A stretch of DNA of 48,803 bases from Chiloscyllium plagiosum (taxonomy: Eukaryota), in the NCBI RefSeq assembly GCF_004010195.1, contig NC_057744.1, forward strand, positions 4,703,589 through 4,752,391, written 5' to 3'. The notes under the pieces are model-generated. The model was not told where the DNA came from and did no database searches. It saw nothing but the letters and a program-made list of their open reading frames with translations. Shown here piece after piece: positions 23,986-33,795 of this stretch; position 1 is the first letter of the stretch, and every line of letters starts with the position of its first letter. Made by a program: the position numbers and the translations under genes.

Positions 23986-24399
23986 TACCTGATACAAAGC
24001 ATCATATGAATAGAATATCATCAGTAAAACCCAGGAAAAGATGGGATGGAATTTCAGCCTACCTCAAACAGGAAATCAAGAAAATAGAATTGCCATCTCT
24101 GGTTGGCAGCATTCCTGCAGTTCTGATCACATGATCTTCTGGCCATGTAGTATCTGATTACATGATCAAGCATTCCTATAAATTCCCTTTGTGCTCACTG
24201 ACCAGATGTGGTGAAGTTTCTGAGGTCTAATAGCCCTCAGTCTCAGGCCGTTCCTCTTTCCTTCCCCCTTGGTGCTCACAAAAAAATCTTGGTTTTCCAT
24301 TTCCCACTTGCTCACTCCCTCTGTGGGAAGATCCTTTCTCTCTACAGGACCCAAGTGAGGACCCAAGGTTTACATGCCTCTTTACTGATTGACCCTCAC

Positions 24400-24880
24400 T
24401 CACTGCTGCAGTTATTCCTGCAACTGGACCCAGCTCTGCAGGAGTGCTGGCCTCCAAACCCACCCATTCTCACCCTGCAATTCAACATCCCCCAGTCTCT
24501 CTCTCTCNNNNNNNNNNNNNNNNNNNNNNNNNNNNNNNNNNNNNNNNNNNNNNNNNNNNNNNNNNNNNNNNNNNNNNNNNNNNNNNNNNGTCTGCATCCC
24601 CTAGTATCTACCCTGCTCTGAGCCCATATACCCCAGTCCCCTTCTCCTCTTTCTCTACCCACAAAAAGCCCCAATTCTCCAGAGTCTCCAAGATCATGAC
24701 ACCCCATTCCTCAGATCCCTTCTTCCCTGAGCCCCCATCTTCAAACTCAAAAATCCTCAATTCCCCACTGCTCCCAAGACCCCGAACCCTCATTCCCCAG
24801 TCTCCCACTTCCTAAATCTCCCATTTCCCTAGTCTCCTTCTTCCCCCACTGAGTCCCCATCTCCCACTCCCTGTTCCACC
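24400..24880. repeat. Pyrimidine-rich low-complexity tract with a (CT)n-associated gap
   Basis: C/T-rich degenerate repeats flanking the N-run at 24508-24589. Confidence 0.7.
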
Positions 24881-25658
24881 TGTCAGACTACAGAGCCACC
24901 CTGCCCCTTGGGTGCTTTTAGCTCCATGTTTACAATGGCTTTCAGCAGGAACAGGTGATGACCTCCATGGGAATGGTTTGGAAATTATTTTGTTTAAAAT
25001 AAAAACATATGAATCTGATCCTGGCTCCCACTGCTGGGGTACAATATCTGCTATTCATGTTGACACAAAAGCAGTGGGATTATTACATCAGAGATTGTCA
25101 AACTGCTGTAGACAGCACTTGGGACAGGAATTCCCAATTTCGGAAAGCTCCTGGTAATTCCCAAAGGACTATGAAAATCATTCTGTAGCCCTCTCCTGTC
25201 AATGACTAGAATAATAAATTTAGACTATTTGTTGGCCAGTCAATATATTCTGGTTTCAAGAATTCTAGTCCTGCTCAAAGACTGTTGCAACAATGTTCCT
25301 TTCTGTTCAAGGATAGTTCCTCTCAGTCCAGCCCTGAGTTAATTCACTTACTCTACACAAAACTTCCCAAACATTCTGCACATGAAAAACAGCCTTCACT
25401 CCCTCTTTTTCCAAGGGAGAGAGGCAACAGAAGATGTTTTGAGGTGGACAACTTACAACCACCGTGTCTAAACCTCCATTTTCAGAGTTTCCCCTATTCT
25501 TAGAATTATAAGGATTTTGGACAATAAAACACTGTACACCATAATACATTCAGGACCTGTTAACCATATCAGTAGAGACACTAGCTTCCAAGTTTTCACA
25601 ATGATGTTTTGTGGCAATGTTCAAAATGAATTAAAGTCAGCAACAGTATTAATATTGA

Positions 25659-26517
25659 GGGCAATTTTGACCTTACCTGCCCAATGGTAACAGGAGATTG
25701 GGTGCACAGGAACAAGCCATTTATTCCCCTGAGCCCTTTTCTACCATTCAATAAGAATCCTACCAAAACACTCCTGCCTGAACATAGTGGAACTACAATT
25801 AACTCTATATATACCTGCCTTTACCAATCCCATATCTTTTAATGCCTTCAGTTAATAGTATTCTATTAAGAGTTAAAATTAACAATAGATGTAGCATTAA
25901 TATCTGCTCGCAGAAGTGAAGTCCAAACTCCAACTGCCCTTTTTGCGTGTCAAAATGTTTCCTAATTTCACTCCTAAAAGATCAGGCTTTTATTTTTATA
26001 TTACATCCCAGACTCACAACCAGCTTCTCTCTATCGAATCTATCTGCTCCCTTTAATATCTTGAGAATTTTGATTGTCAGTTGCTGACTGTCCAAATTCC
26101 TAGCCATTTTCGTGCAGGTTCTCTCTGTGATTTAGCCCTTCGAATCCAGGCAGTGTTCTGGGAAATCTACACTACATTCTGCTGGAGGTCAAAATTCACA
26201 ACTGAGAGCACCATGTCCAAAAATGCTCCGATGTGGTTTAATGTTGCATGACATCTAGTCCCTTGCATTAAACTCCTTAGAATCCATAGGCCAACATTGT
26301 AAAAGCCTTTCCCATCATTTTCTCTCCTTATTCATGACATTTTAATAATCTTTACACTCGGATTCCCCCAAGACCCCTGACTGTTTCTAAAGTATTCCTG
26401 GCTTCGCGGCTCACTTGATTTTACTTCCATTTGAAGGCTGATTTCGAGAGAGATGTAAAATCAATACCGCACCCAATCCCTGGGAATCCTGCTTAGTGGG
26501 TTAGGTTAAAATTACCC
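25659..26517. mobile_element. Non-autonomous TIR element (PIF/Harbinger-like) carrying a nested CR1 3' fragment (~25690-26385, minus)
   Basis: Termini gggcaattttgacctta / taggttaaaattaccc are reverse complements, flanked by tga/tca. Confidence 0.5.
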
Positions 26518-26951
26518 TCACCAGTGTGTAAGGAAGCCATGCAGCATCAGCCTGAGTGTGCACTATTTATACTGCAAGGTACAGTGTTGCTGCTCTGTTG
26601 AAACATGCATAATTGATTTCTCCAGTTAGAAGTCACCACACTGATAGGACATTTGGCATGACTTGTAGTGCAATATACACAGCGATGGTGTGAAGCCTAT
26701 GGTCTCATTGGGTACTTCCATGTTTTCCAGTTACACCTATGTGTGGTTTGGAGGTTGATGACATGCATGGCGAAGCAAGCACAGTTTCACAGCACAGCAG
26801 TATCATATCAGCATTCATGTTTCATGTGACGAGGCAATGGATTGAACACAGAGACGTATTGGAAATATCCCACGAAGCACGAAGACCAACAGTTCTCACC
26901 AGAGGCAGGTCACTGTCAGCCTCCATCTTTGCTCATAGTTCCTGTGTTGTC

Positions 26952-26961
26952 TTAGTGTTGC
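26952..26961 (-). CDS. SCN2B: Candidate alternative terminal SCN2B exon (coding part adds K-Q-H-stop)
   Basis: Acceptor ttctatgtttatcctgcag|G CAA CAC TAA. In frame with the donor AA|gtaaga at 27971 that overlaps the exon-4 stop. Confidence 0.5.
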
Positions 26962-27224
26962 CTGCAGGATAAACATAGAAATGTCATTGGATTAAAACTT
27001 TGCATGAACTTCAATCTCAATGTCAGGGATCTTAACAATTACAACAAAAATAATTCAATGTACATTCCTGCGTCTTCTGCTTCTTGGGCTCAACATTATC
27101 TGTCTCCTTTAGTGACAGGAGAACAAACAAGACTTGCATTGAGAGTAGTCTCTTATAAACAGCAACTATCAATATACTGGAGGGGGTTATGAGAGACTAG
27201 GAATTGAACTGGATAAGTCATGTA

Positions 27225-27655
27225 ATTACTGTGATTACAAGAGCAGGTTAGAGGCTAGGAATTCTGCACTTCCTGACTCCCCAAAGCGTGTCCGCCATCT
27301 GCATGGCATAAATCAGGAATGTGATGGATTATCCCACCCCACTTGATGAATGCAGCTCCGACAATATTCAAGACGTTTGACACCATCCAGGACGAAGCAG
27401 CCCACTTGATCAGCACCACACCCACAAACATTAACTCCGTCTACCACCAATGCTCAGGAGCAGCAGTCTGTAACATCTACAAGGTGTACTGCAGAAATTC
27501 ACCAAAGATCCTCAGACAGCACTTCCATCTAGAAGGACATTGGCAGGATTTACATGGGAACACCACCACATGCAAGTTTCCCTCAAAGCCACTCACCATC
27601 CTGACTTGGAAATACATTGCTGTTTCTTTAGGGTCACTGGGTCAAAACCTGGAAC
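27225..27655 (+). mobile_element. CR1/L2-superfamily LINE 3' RT remnant
   Basis: Decayed ..AAPT..K.FDTIQDEAAHLI..CNIYKVYCRNSPKILRQH; homologous inverted copies at 27757-27935 and 43790-44055. Confidence 0.7.
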
Positions 27656-27967
27656 TTAGAGATGAGAGTGATTTTCACTGAGCCACAGCCAACACCTTTT
27701 CTCAATTTTATATGCATTTGGGAATGTATATGTCACTGGCTGCTGTGAATATATTATCAGGGAGGGGATTTAGGATTTTGAACAAGCGACAATGAAGGAA
27801 TGGCAATGTATTTGCAAGTCAGGATGTTGAGTGACTTGGAGGGGAACTTGCAGGGGATGATGTTCCCATATATCTGCTGCCCTTGTCCTTCTAGATGAAA
27901 CCGGTCATGTGTTTGGAAGGTGCTGTCTAAGGAAATACAAGTTAATACTTGTTTCTGACTGACAGTC

Positions 27968-28167
27968 TTACTTTTCATCTTCTTCCTGATTGCCTTCGCC
28001 ATCTGTTTTTCCTTCCTCTTCGGTTTTCTGATCTTCAGAGTGATGATCTTGTTTCTTTTTCCTCCTCACACACTTCACGATGACTAAGACCAGAATGATG
28101 ACAGCCAGAAAGCCCCCGACTGATGCCCCTATAATCACAGCCACGGTGGAGTCACGCTCAGGGGGAA
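27968..28167 (-). CDS. SCN2B: SCN2B coding exon 4 (juxtamembrane, TM helix, cytoplasmic tail, TAA)
   Basis: Acceptor ttgcag|TT. Translates (V)PPERDSTVAVIIGASVGGFLAVIILVLVIVKCVRRKKKQDHHSEDQKTEEEGKTDGEGNQEEDEK*, close to human PPERDSTVAVIVGASVGGFLAVVILVLMVVKCVRRKK...KTEEEGKTDGEGN; 200 nt including the stop. Confidence 0.96.
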
Positions 28168-28439
28168 CTGCAAGGTAAATATCACTGGATCAGGAAAACG
28201 TTCCCTCAACGTACGGAGGCAGTCTTGTGGCAAATGCACACATTTGGAGAAAATAAATACAAATAGGAACAAGAAACTTTCTATTACACGTTCAAATAAG
28301 AGCACTTTGAGGAGTGTGATCAGCTGTGTGTCAGTTCAGGATTTGGTCGCTGTAAACCCCTCACAAAGACAAATTGTACAAAATAGTTGCGTGCTTCATT
28401 GGCTGTGGAAGGGACCTACTGGAGATCAATGTTTCCTTC

Positions 28440-28692
28440 GTAGGTGCAAAGACAACTGCAATGTTTATCTTTTTAGCTTTATTTCATATTTTCCTAACTT
28501 GCAGTCTGTATATCTGTAATGTAGTGTAACCTTTTTTCCTTATTTTCTTTATTTTTCTATTCCTAATATTTGTACCTAGGTACTTTGTACCTCAGATGGC
28601 GCAGTATGTTGGCAACATTGTACACTTTTCACTGTATTCTTGTTCTCTTGTAACCTGACTACATGCGAAAATAAACCTAATTCTAATTCTAA
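28440..28692 (+). mobile_element. Probable Rex1/Babar-type LINE 3' UTR in SCN2B intron 3
   Basis: cttttcactgta...tacatgcgaaaataaa followed by an (ctaatt)n tail. Confidence 0.4.
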
Positions 28693-29027
28693 AATCCCCG
28701 TGTTCCAATTGTTGCATTGGAAGGTAGTGCTCACACACCCACAGCACCAGCCACCCCACTGAGACAGACAGGCTGTGGACAGCAAAACAAAAGTGGAGCA
28801 AACATTGAAATCAAAGGTATGTGCCATCTTGCATTTGTATAGCATCTTTAATATAGTAAGGGGCTCACTTAGCTGATGTCGCTGGGGTGTGGTGCAAATT
28901 AAAGCTAAAGAATAGGTTCAGTCCCTGTTCTCCTCCTCCTGCCAAACCTCAACAGTTTTGCTTCATGGAACAACTACGAGCAACTCACATCTTGTTGAGC
29001 AGGAGTTTCAAATTTCTTTAAATTTTC

Positions 29028-29372
29028 ACAGAATCCCTACAGTGCAGAAAGAGGCCATTCGGCTCATTGAGTCTGCACTGATCCTCTGAACAGCATCCCA
29101 CCCAGACCACTACCTCACCTCCATAATCCCACATTTCCCATGGCTAATCCATCTAGTCTGCACATCTCTGGACACTATGGGCAATTTAATATGGCTAATC
29201 CACCTAACCTGCACATCTTTGGATTGTGGGAGGAAACCGGAGCACCCAGAGGAAACCCACGCAGACACGGGGAGAATGTGCAAACTCACGCAGACAGTTG
29301 CCTGAGGCTGGAATTGAGCCTAGGTCCTTGGCACTGTGAGACAACAGTGCTAACCATTGAGACACCATGCTA
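29028..29372 (-). mobile_element. HE1-type SINE in SCN2B intron 3
   Basis: tgtgggaggaaaccggagcacccagaggaaacccacgcagacacggggagaatgtgcaaactc. Confidence 0.9.
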
Positions 29373-29617
29373 TCCTTCTTTGTCTTGTCAAGAATTATAA
29401 AACCAATTGTAACTATGCACTAGATCCAAGATTTAGTTTATACAGATAGTTATACAGTCAGTGGTGGTTGGGGGGCAACATTAAACACACAATGAGGAAG
29501 AGCAGAAGGTAGTACCACACACAAAGAAAATGCAATGCACATCACAGAAAGAGAATGGGCAGGCATGTCAAAGATTGGAGGGAAAATGATGGAGATGACA
29601 ATATTATTTTACAATAC

Positions 29618-29828
29618 CTTCTGTGACAACTTGCAGGTGGATTATTCCCCACCCGTTGTGTCTGTCAGGTGGGTTTAACACAGAACAGTTGTAAAAGCCT
29701 TCATCGCTGAGCTGGATGTCGTGAATTGTGATAGAGACATCATTTCTTTTGAGGTTCCCTGACCACTCCACCCTGCCTGCAAAGCGGTCATCTCTGGGGA
29801 TAATGACTTTTTGCCAGAATTGAACAAG
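29618..29828 (-). CDS. SCN2B: SCN2B coding exon 3 (second half of the Ig domain)
   Basis: Acceptor cccccatag|CTT and donor GAA G|gtattg; 211 nt; phases compatible with both neighbours. Translates LVQFWQKVIIPRDDRFAGRVEWSGNLKRNDVSITIHDIQLSDEGFYNCSVLNPPDRHNGWGIIHLQVVTE; DEGxYNC and NPPDRH are beta-2 hallmarks. Absent from the ORF track. Confidence 0.96.
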
Positions 29829-29949
29829 CTATGGGGGACGGGTAGGGGGAAGAAAAGAGAAAAAGCTAAATGGTTTTGTGGGAGTTTTTGTCAATTCATC
29901 TCCATGCAAGTCTTTTTTTTTAATGCAAAAACTATCTGAACACAGCCAA

Positions 29950-31245
29950 AACACTGCAACCCGTACGCTAACATGCACACCAATTCCCACTCAACCATGA
30001 CCCCTGTGCCACCAAACAGAAATATAAATGACCTTCTGCATGATGGGGAGCCAATGTGAAAATTCTCATCCTTGTTGTCAAACTCCTCCACAGCTTCATG
30101 CTTCCAGTCTCTGCAACATCCTTCGTTCTTACAATCTTCTGAGATCTTGGTGCTTCCAATCCAACCTTCACAATCTTCATGGTATCATCACTGGTGGTCG
30201 TGCTTTCAGATGCTGAGACCCAAGTCTCTGGAATTCACTTCCTAACGTTCTCCACTTCTTCAGTTCCTGTTGCTCTTTTAAGATGTTCCTGAAAGCTTAT
30301 TGCCTTCAAATGTTTTAGTCAACTGCCCCTAATGACTCTCTACATGGCTCAGTGCTGAGTCTTGTTTGATAACACTTCAATGAAAACCCCTTGTCTCTAT
30401 TGATAATGCTGTATAAGGTGGAAGGTGTTTTCATCTTGAAAGAGTGTCTCCTTGGGTATCAACCCAGCTCCAGACTCCCTTGTCTCTCCAAAGTCCTTGA
30501 AAATGTTGGTGCCTCCCATATCCGCACCCATTTCCCTTAATTCCCTGCATCAGTCTCTCCATCTAGTTTCTGTTGCCTGTGGCAGCCATAGAACAGCTTT
30601 TTTCAACGTCACAAATCATATCCTATATTCCTGTGACCATGGTAAACTACTTCTCTCTCCCTCTGGCTTGACATGTCCACAGCTTCTCACTACGCAGCCC
30701 TCCAGCAAGTCTCCTCCAATGTCCGCTCTGAGGAATGGTCGATAATAGGTTCAGCTCTGTAATCATACCATAATCATATGTAGTCACAGAGTCTCCTGTA
30801 ACAGTTCCTCCCCCCGCTCTCACAGTGTTTCCACTGGAGCCTCACAAAGATCTAACTTTGTCGCTCTCCTATTCATCATCCACACACAACATTATCTGAA
30901 AATACACCAGCCAGTTTCATGTTTACACTGGAAACACTGAGTTCTGCCTCAGCCCTTCTCTCGGAATCACTGACTTGTCAGACTACTTGCCCAACATCCA
31001 GTCAAGAATGAGCCATATTTTGCTCTAAATAAACAGCAGAAAGGGCTAAATGATTGTCTCTGTCCTTCACCACTTGTCACTGGCTGCATTCCCTCCCTGA
31101 GGCTGTTCACAAGCTCTGTGTCCTTTATGGTCCTGACACTCAAACCCTCGTCTTCATAAAGATCACTACCCTCGCCTTCATTGCATCATCTGTCTGCATC
31201 CCTGTCTCAGCTCATCGACTGCTGAAATTCTCATCCCACCTACAC
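29950..31245 (+). mobile_element. Decayed L2 LINE fragments filling SCN2B intron 2
   Basis: Remnants of LDL(S)AAFD and G.PQGS.L.P.LF motifs (cactggagcctcacaaagatctaactttgtcgctctcctattc) and an L2-like 3' end. Confidence 0.6.
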
Positions 31246-31264
31246 TAAAGAGAAAAACACTTAC

Positions 31265-31431
31265 CACATCTTGAGTGCAGTTGCTACATTCAGCATAGGT
31301 CCAATTTAAAGAGAAACGCTTTTCATTCACGTCATAGCAGGAGTTAAAGGTGCAGCTCAGTTTGGCCGATGTGCCATTTAGCCCAATGACATCAGGTGAC
31401 ACTGTAACTTCCATAGCAGAGCCAAAGTGCA
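31265..31431 (-). CDS. SCN2B: SCN2B coding exon 2 (end of signal peptide and first half of the V-type Ig domain)
   Basis: Acceptor ctcctttag|TG and donor GTG|gtaagt; 167 nt. Translates (x)HFGSAMEVTVSPDVIGLNGTSAKLSCTFNSCYDVNEKRFSLNWTYAECSNCTQDV, matching human beta-2 SMEVTVP..LNGSDARLPCTFNSCY.VN.KQFSLNWTYQECNNC. Confidence 0.96.
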
Positions 31432-32876
31432 CTAAAGGAGGTGGGGAGGGTGTGAGAAAGAGATTGTCAGGAACCAAAGCATTAAGAATTATGGACTGTT
31501 CCACAACTATAAAATAAGGACAGTTTCCTCAGCAATGAGAAAGGAATTGGAGGTGCACTGTTACAATGATATAGTCTGGGCACCCTCTGAAATTGGGAGG
31601 AGCAAAACTTCAATTAAGTATCTCAATTAAACCCATGACCTGGATTAAATTAAACCCAAATATCAACAATTGGACCTAAAACCCAGATCACCAAATTGCA
31701 GACACCTCCCCAAGATTAAACTGTCAAGGAGGACAGAGACCAACAAAGACATGCCTCACCCTCAACATGTAACCTCAAACAACAGTCAGGGAGAATCAGA
31801 TACCATTACTAACCCCTAGACTCAGTCCTGGTGAAAGGGAGGCTGACAGCTCACCTCCTCTTCACCAAAAATGACAAAGTCAACAGTCACAGTTCCAAAA
31901 TTAGTCCCTTTGGCAAGACACCAACAATGGGCATTTATGCGGCACCTTAAAAATAAAAATCCAGAAGCCCTTCACTGGAGTGAGTATCATAAATCAAAAC
32001 TGAACACAGCCGAGTAAAGACAGATGAATTGATGCTCAGTTGCAGGGACAGCATGAAGCAACTTTAAAAACAGAGAAAGGATTTGAGCAAGGCTGATCCA
32101 TTCAAATGGAGTGATAGACTAGTGGCATTACCACTGGGCTGTGGATCCAGACCCCAGGCATGGTTCAGGACCCAGATCTGAATCCCACCACGGCAGATAG
32201 TGGATTTTGAATTCAATCAAATATCTGGAATGAACAGCCCAAATGATGACTGTGAATCCATTGTCAGAAAAATCCATCTGGTTCACTGCTGACCTTCAGG
32301 GAAGGAAATCTGCTGTCCTTACCTGGTCTGGCCTACAGACCCACAGCAATGTGGTTGATTTTTAACTGCCCTCTGGGCAATTAGGGATGGGTCTAATGCT
32401 GGCCTTGCCAGTGATGCCCTCATCCTGTGAATGAATCAAAATGATGGATCCTGATGATGAGAGTATCCTGACAAGAGAACTGTGATGGTGCTCAGACTGC
32501 ACCAGCCTAGGTGCTGCTGTAATCCTGCAGTTGTGCCTTCACTCTTTGCAGCTTTATTTGCATATTGCTGTGCTTCAAGACTCTGTAAAAAAAAATCTAT
32601 ATTTCCTAACACTGCATCAATCAGAGGGCGATGCAGCTGGGTTCCAGTGCTGACTCTGCAGGACCGATATTGAATAATACTAAGTTGGGCCTATCCCTAG
32701 GGACACTGCAATGGAACAAGATTCCATTCCAAAAAAAAGAACATGAGGAGGAATCTCATCCTGTCAGCCTGTGCTGTTCAATTTGCATCACTCCAGAGAG
32801 GAGCTAGATTTCTCTCGGGGAAGTTAGGAACAAATTCCTGCAATGTTCACTTTGCCTGCGAGGACAGGATACTTAC

Positions 32877-33450
32877 AGATTGCAGGACGTTTGGCTGAGC
32901 TGGAATCACGCCATCTGTGAAGGTCACTGTTAAGAATTAAGAAGGCCCTCGATCGGCTGACTCTTTTCAGAAGTCTGTGCACGCTCAGCACACACACACA
33001 CAAAAAAAACCTCTTTAACAGCCCAAGGAGGGAAGGCAATGCCCCGCTCTCCAGAATGAACACTCTCGGATTATGTTCCAAATCCCATCCAGGAGCCCAG
33101 ATGTGGTCCGTGCCAGAGCAAGTGTTTTAACCTGAGAACACACTCCGGACGGGTGTCTCCGCCGGGAATCAAGATGGAAACAAGCGGATGGTGACTGCAT
33201 TCCAAACATCAAAGTGTCACAGCGATCCTCAGCTGATTGCTTGCACCAGGAAGCAATGGGTTAATGAAGGGTGTATCTTCTCACAAGCATAATGTGTCCA
33301 CTGAAAGACCAACTCACTTTTCTCAGCTGCCTGCCCCACTTCAGTGAGAAACTAGAGCAAGTTGAAAGAAGCTCTTGCTCACTTGCCCCTTTCTGGTTTA
33401 ACAGTGACAAAGAGCTGAAGGTACGTGCAGAGGGATGGCAATGAAAGGGT
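32877..33450 (-). promoter_or_regulatory. Candidate SCN2B promoter / first (possibly non-coding) exon
   Basis: Non-repetitive, relatively CpG-rich stretch upstream of exon 2, ending in the consensus donor CT|gtaagt (32871-32876). No convincing ATG-initiated signal peptide found. Confidence 0.4.
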
Positions 33451-33584
33451 TAAGGGTTTGTTTTAGTTTTCTCGCAATAATCTATTGATCGACAATCGGC
33501 ATTCAAGGTCTCCGACTAGCATTTGCGTATTTATTTGTTCCACAGAGAGAGAGAGAGACCGACTCGAGATGTCGACCAGATATA

Positions 33585-33795
33585 GAGGCAGCTTTATTCT
33601 GCATCTAACTCTGTGCTGACCCTGTGCTGGGAGTGTTTGATGGGGGACAGCGTACAGCGGGCTTCACGCTGCTCCTGACCATGGGAGTTTGAAAGGGATA
33701 GTGTACACTGGAAGTTTTTGATGGGGACAGGGTTAAAGGGAGCTTTACTCTGCATCTAATCCCCGTGCGGCACCTATCCTGGGTGTATTTACATC
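33585..33795. repeat. ~70-bp satellite, left part
   Basis: Unit gggagtgtttgatggggacag...gagctttactctg(t/c)atctaac. Confidence 0.8.

Noticed and set aside
31178-31504. 108-aa ORF as a standalone gene
   Set aside because: Only 31265-31431 is SCN2B exon; the rest is intronic read-through.
31850-31935. SCN2B exon 1 using the donor GAG|gtgagc
   Set aside because: The phase-1 frame needed for exon 2 contains a TGA just upstream of the donor.
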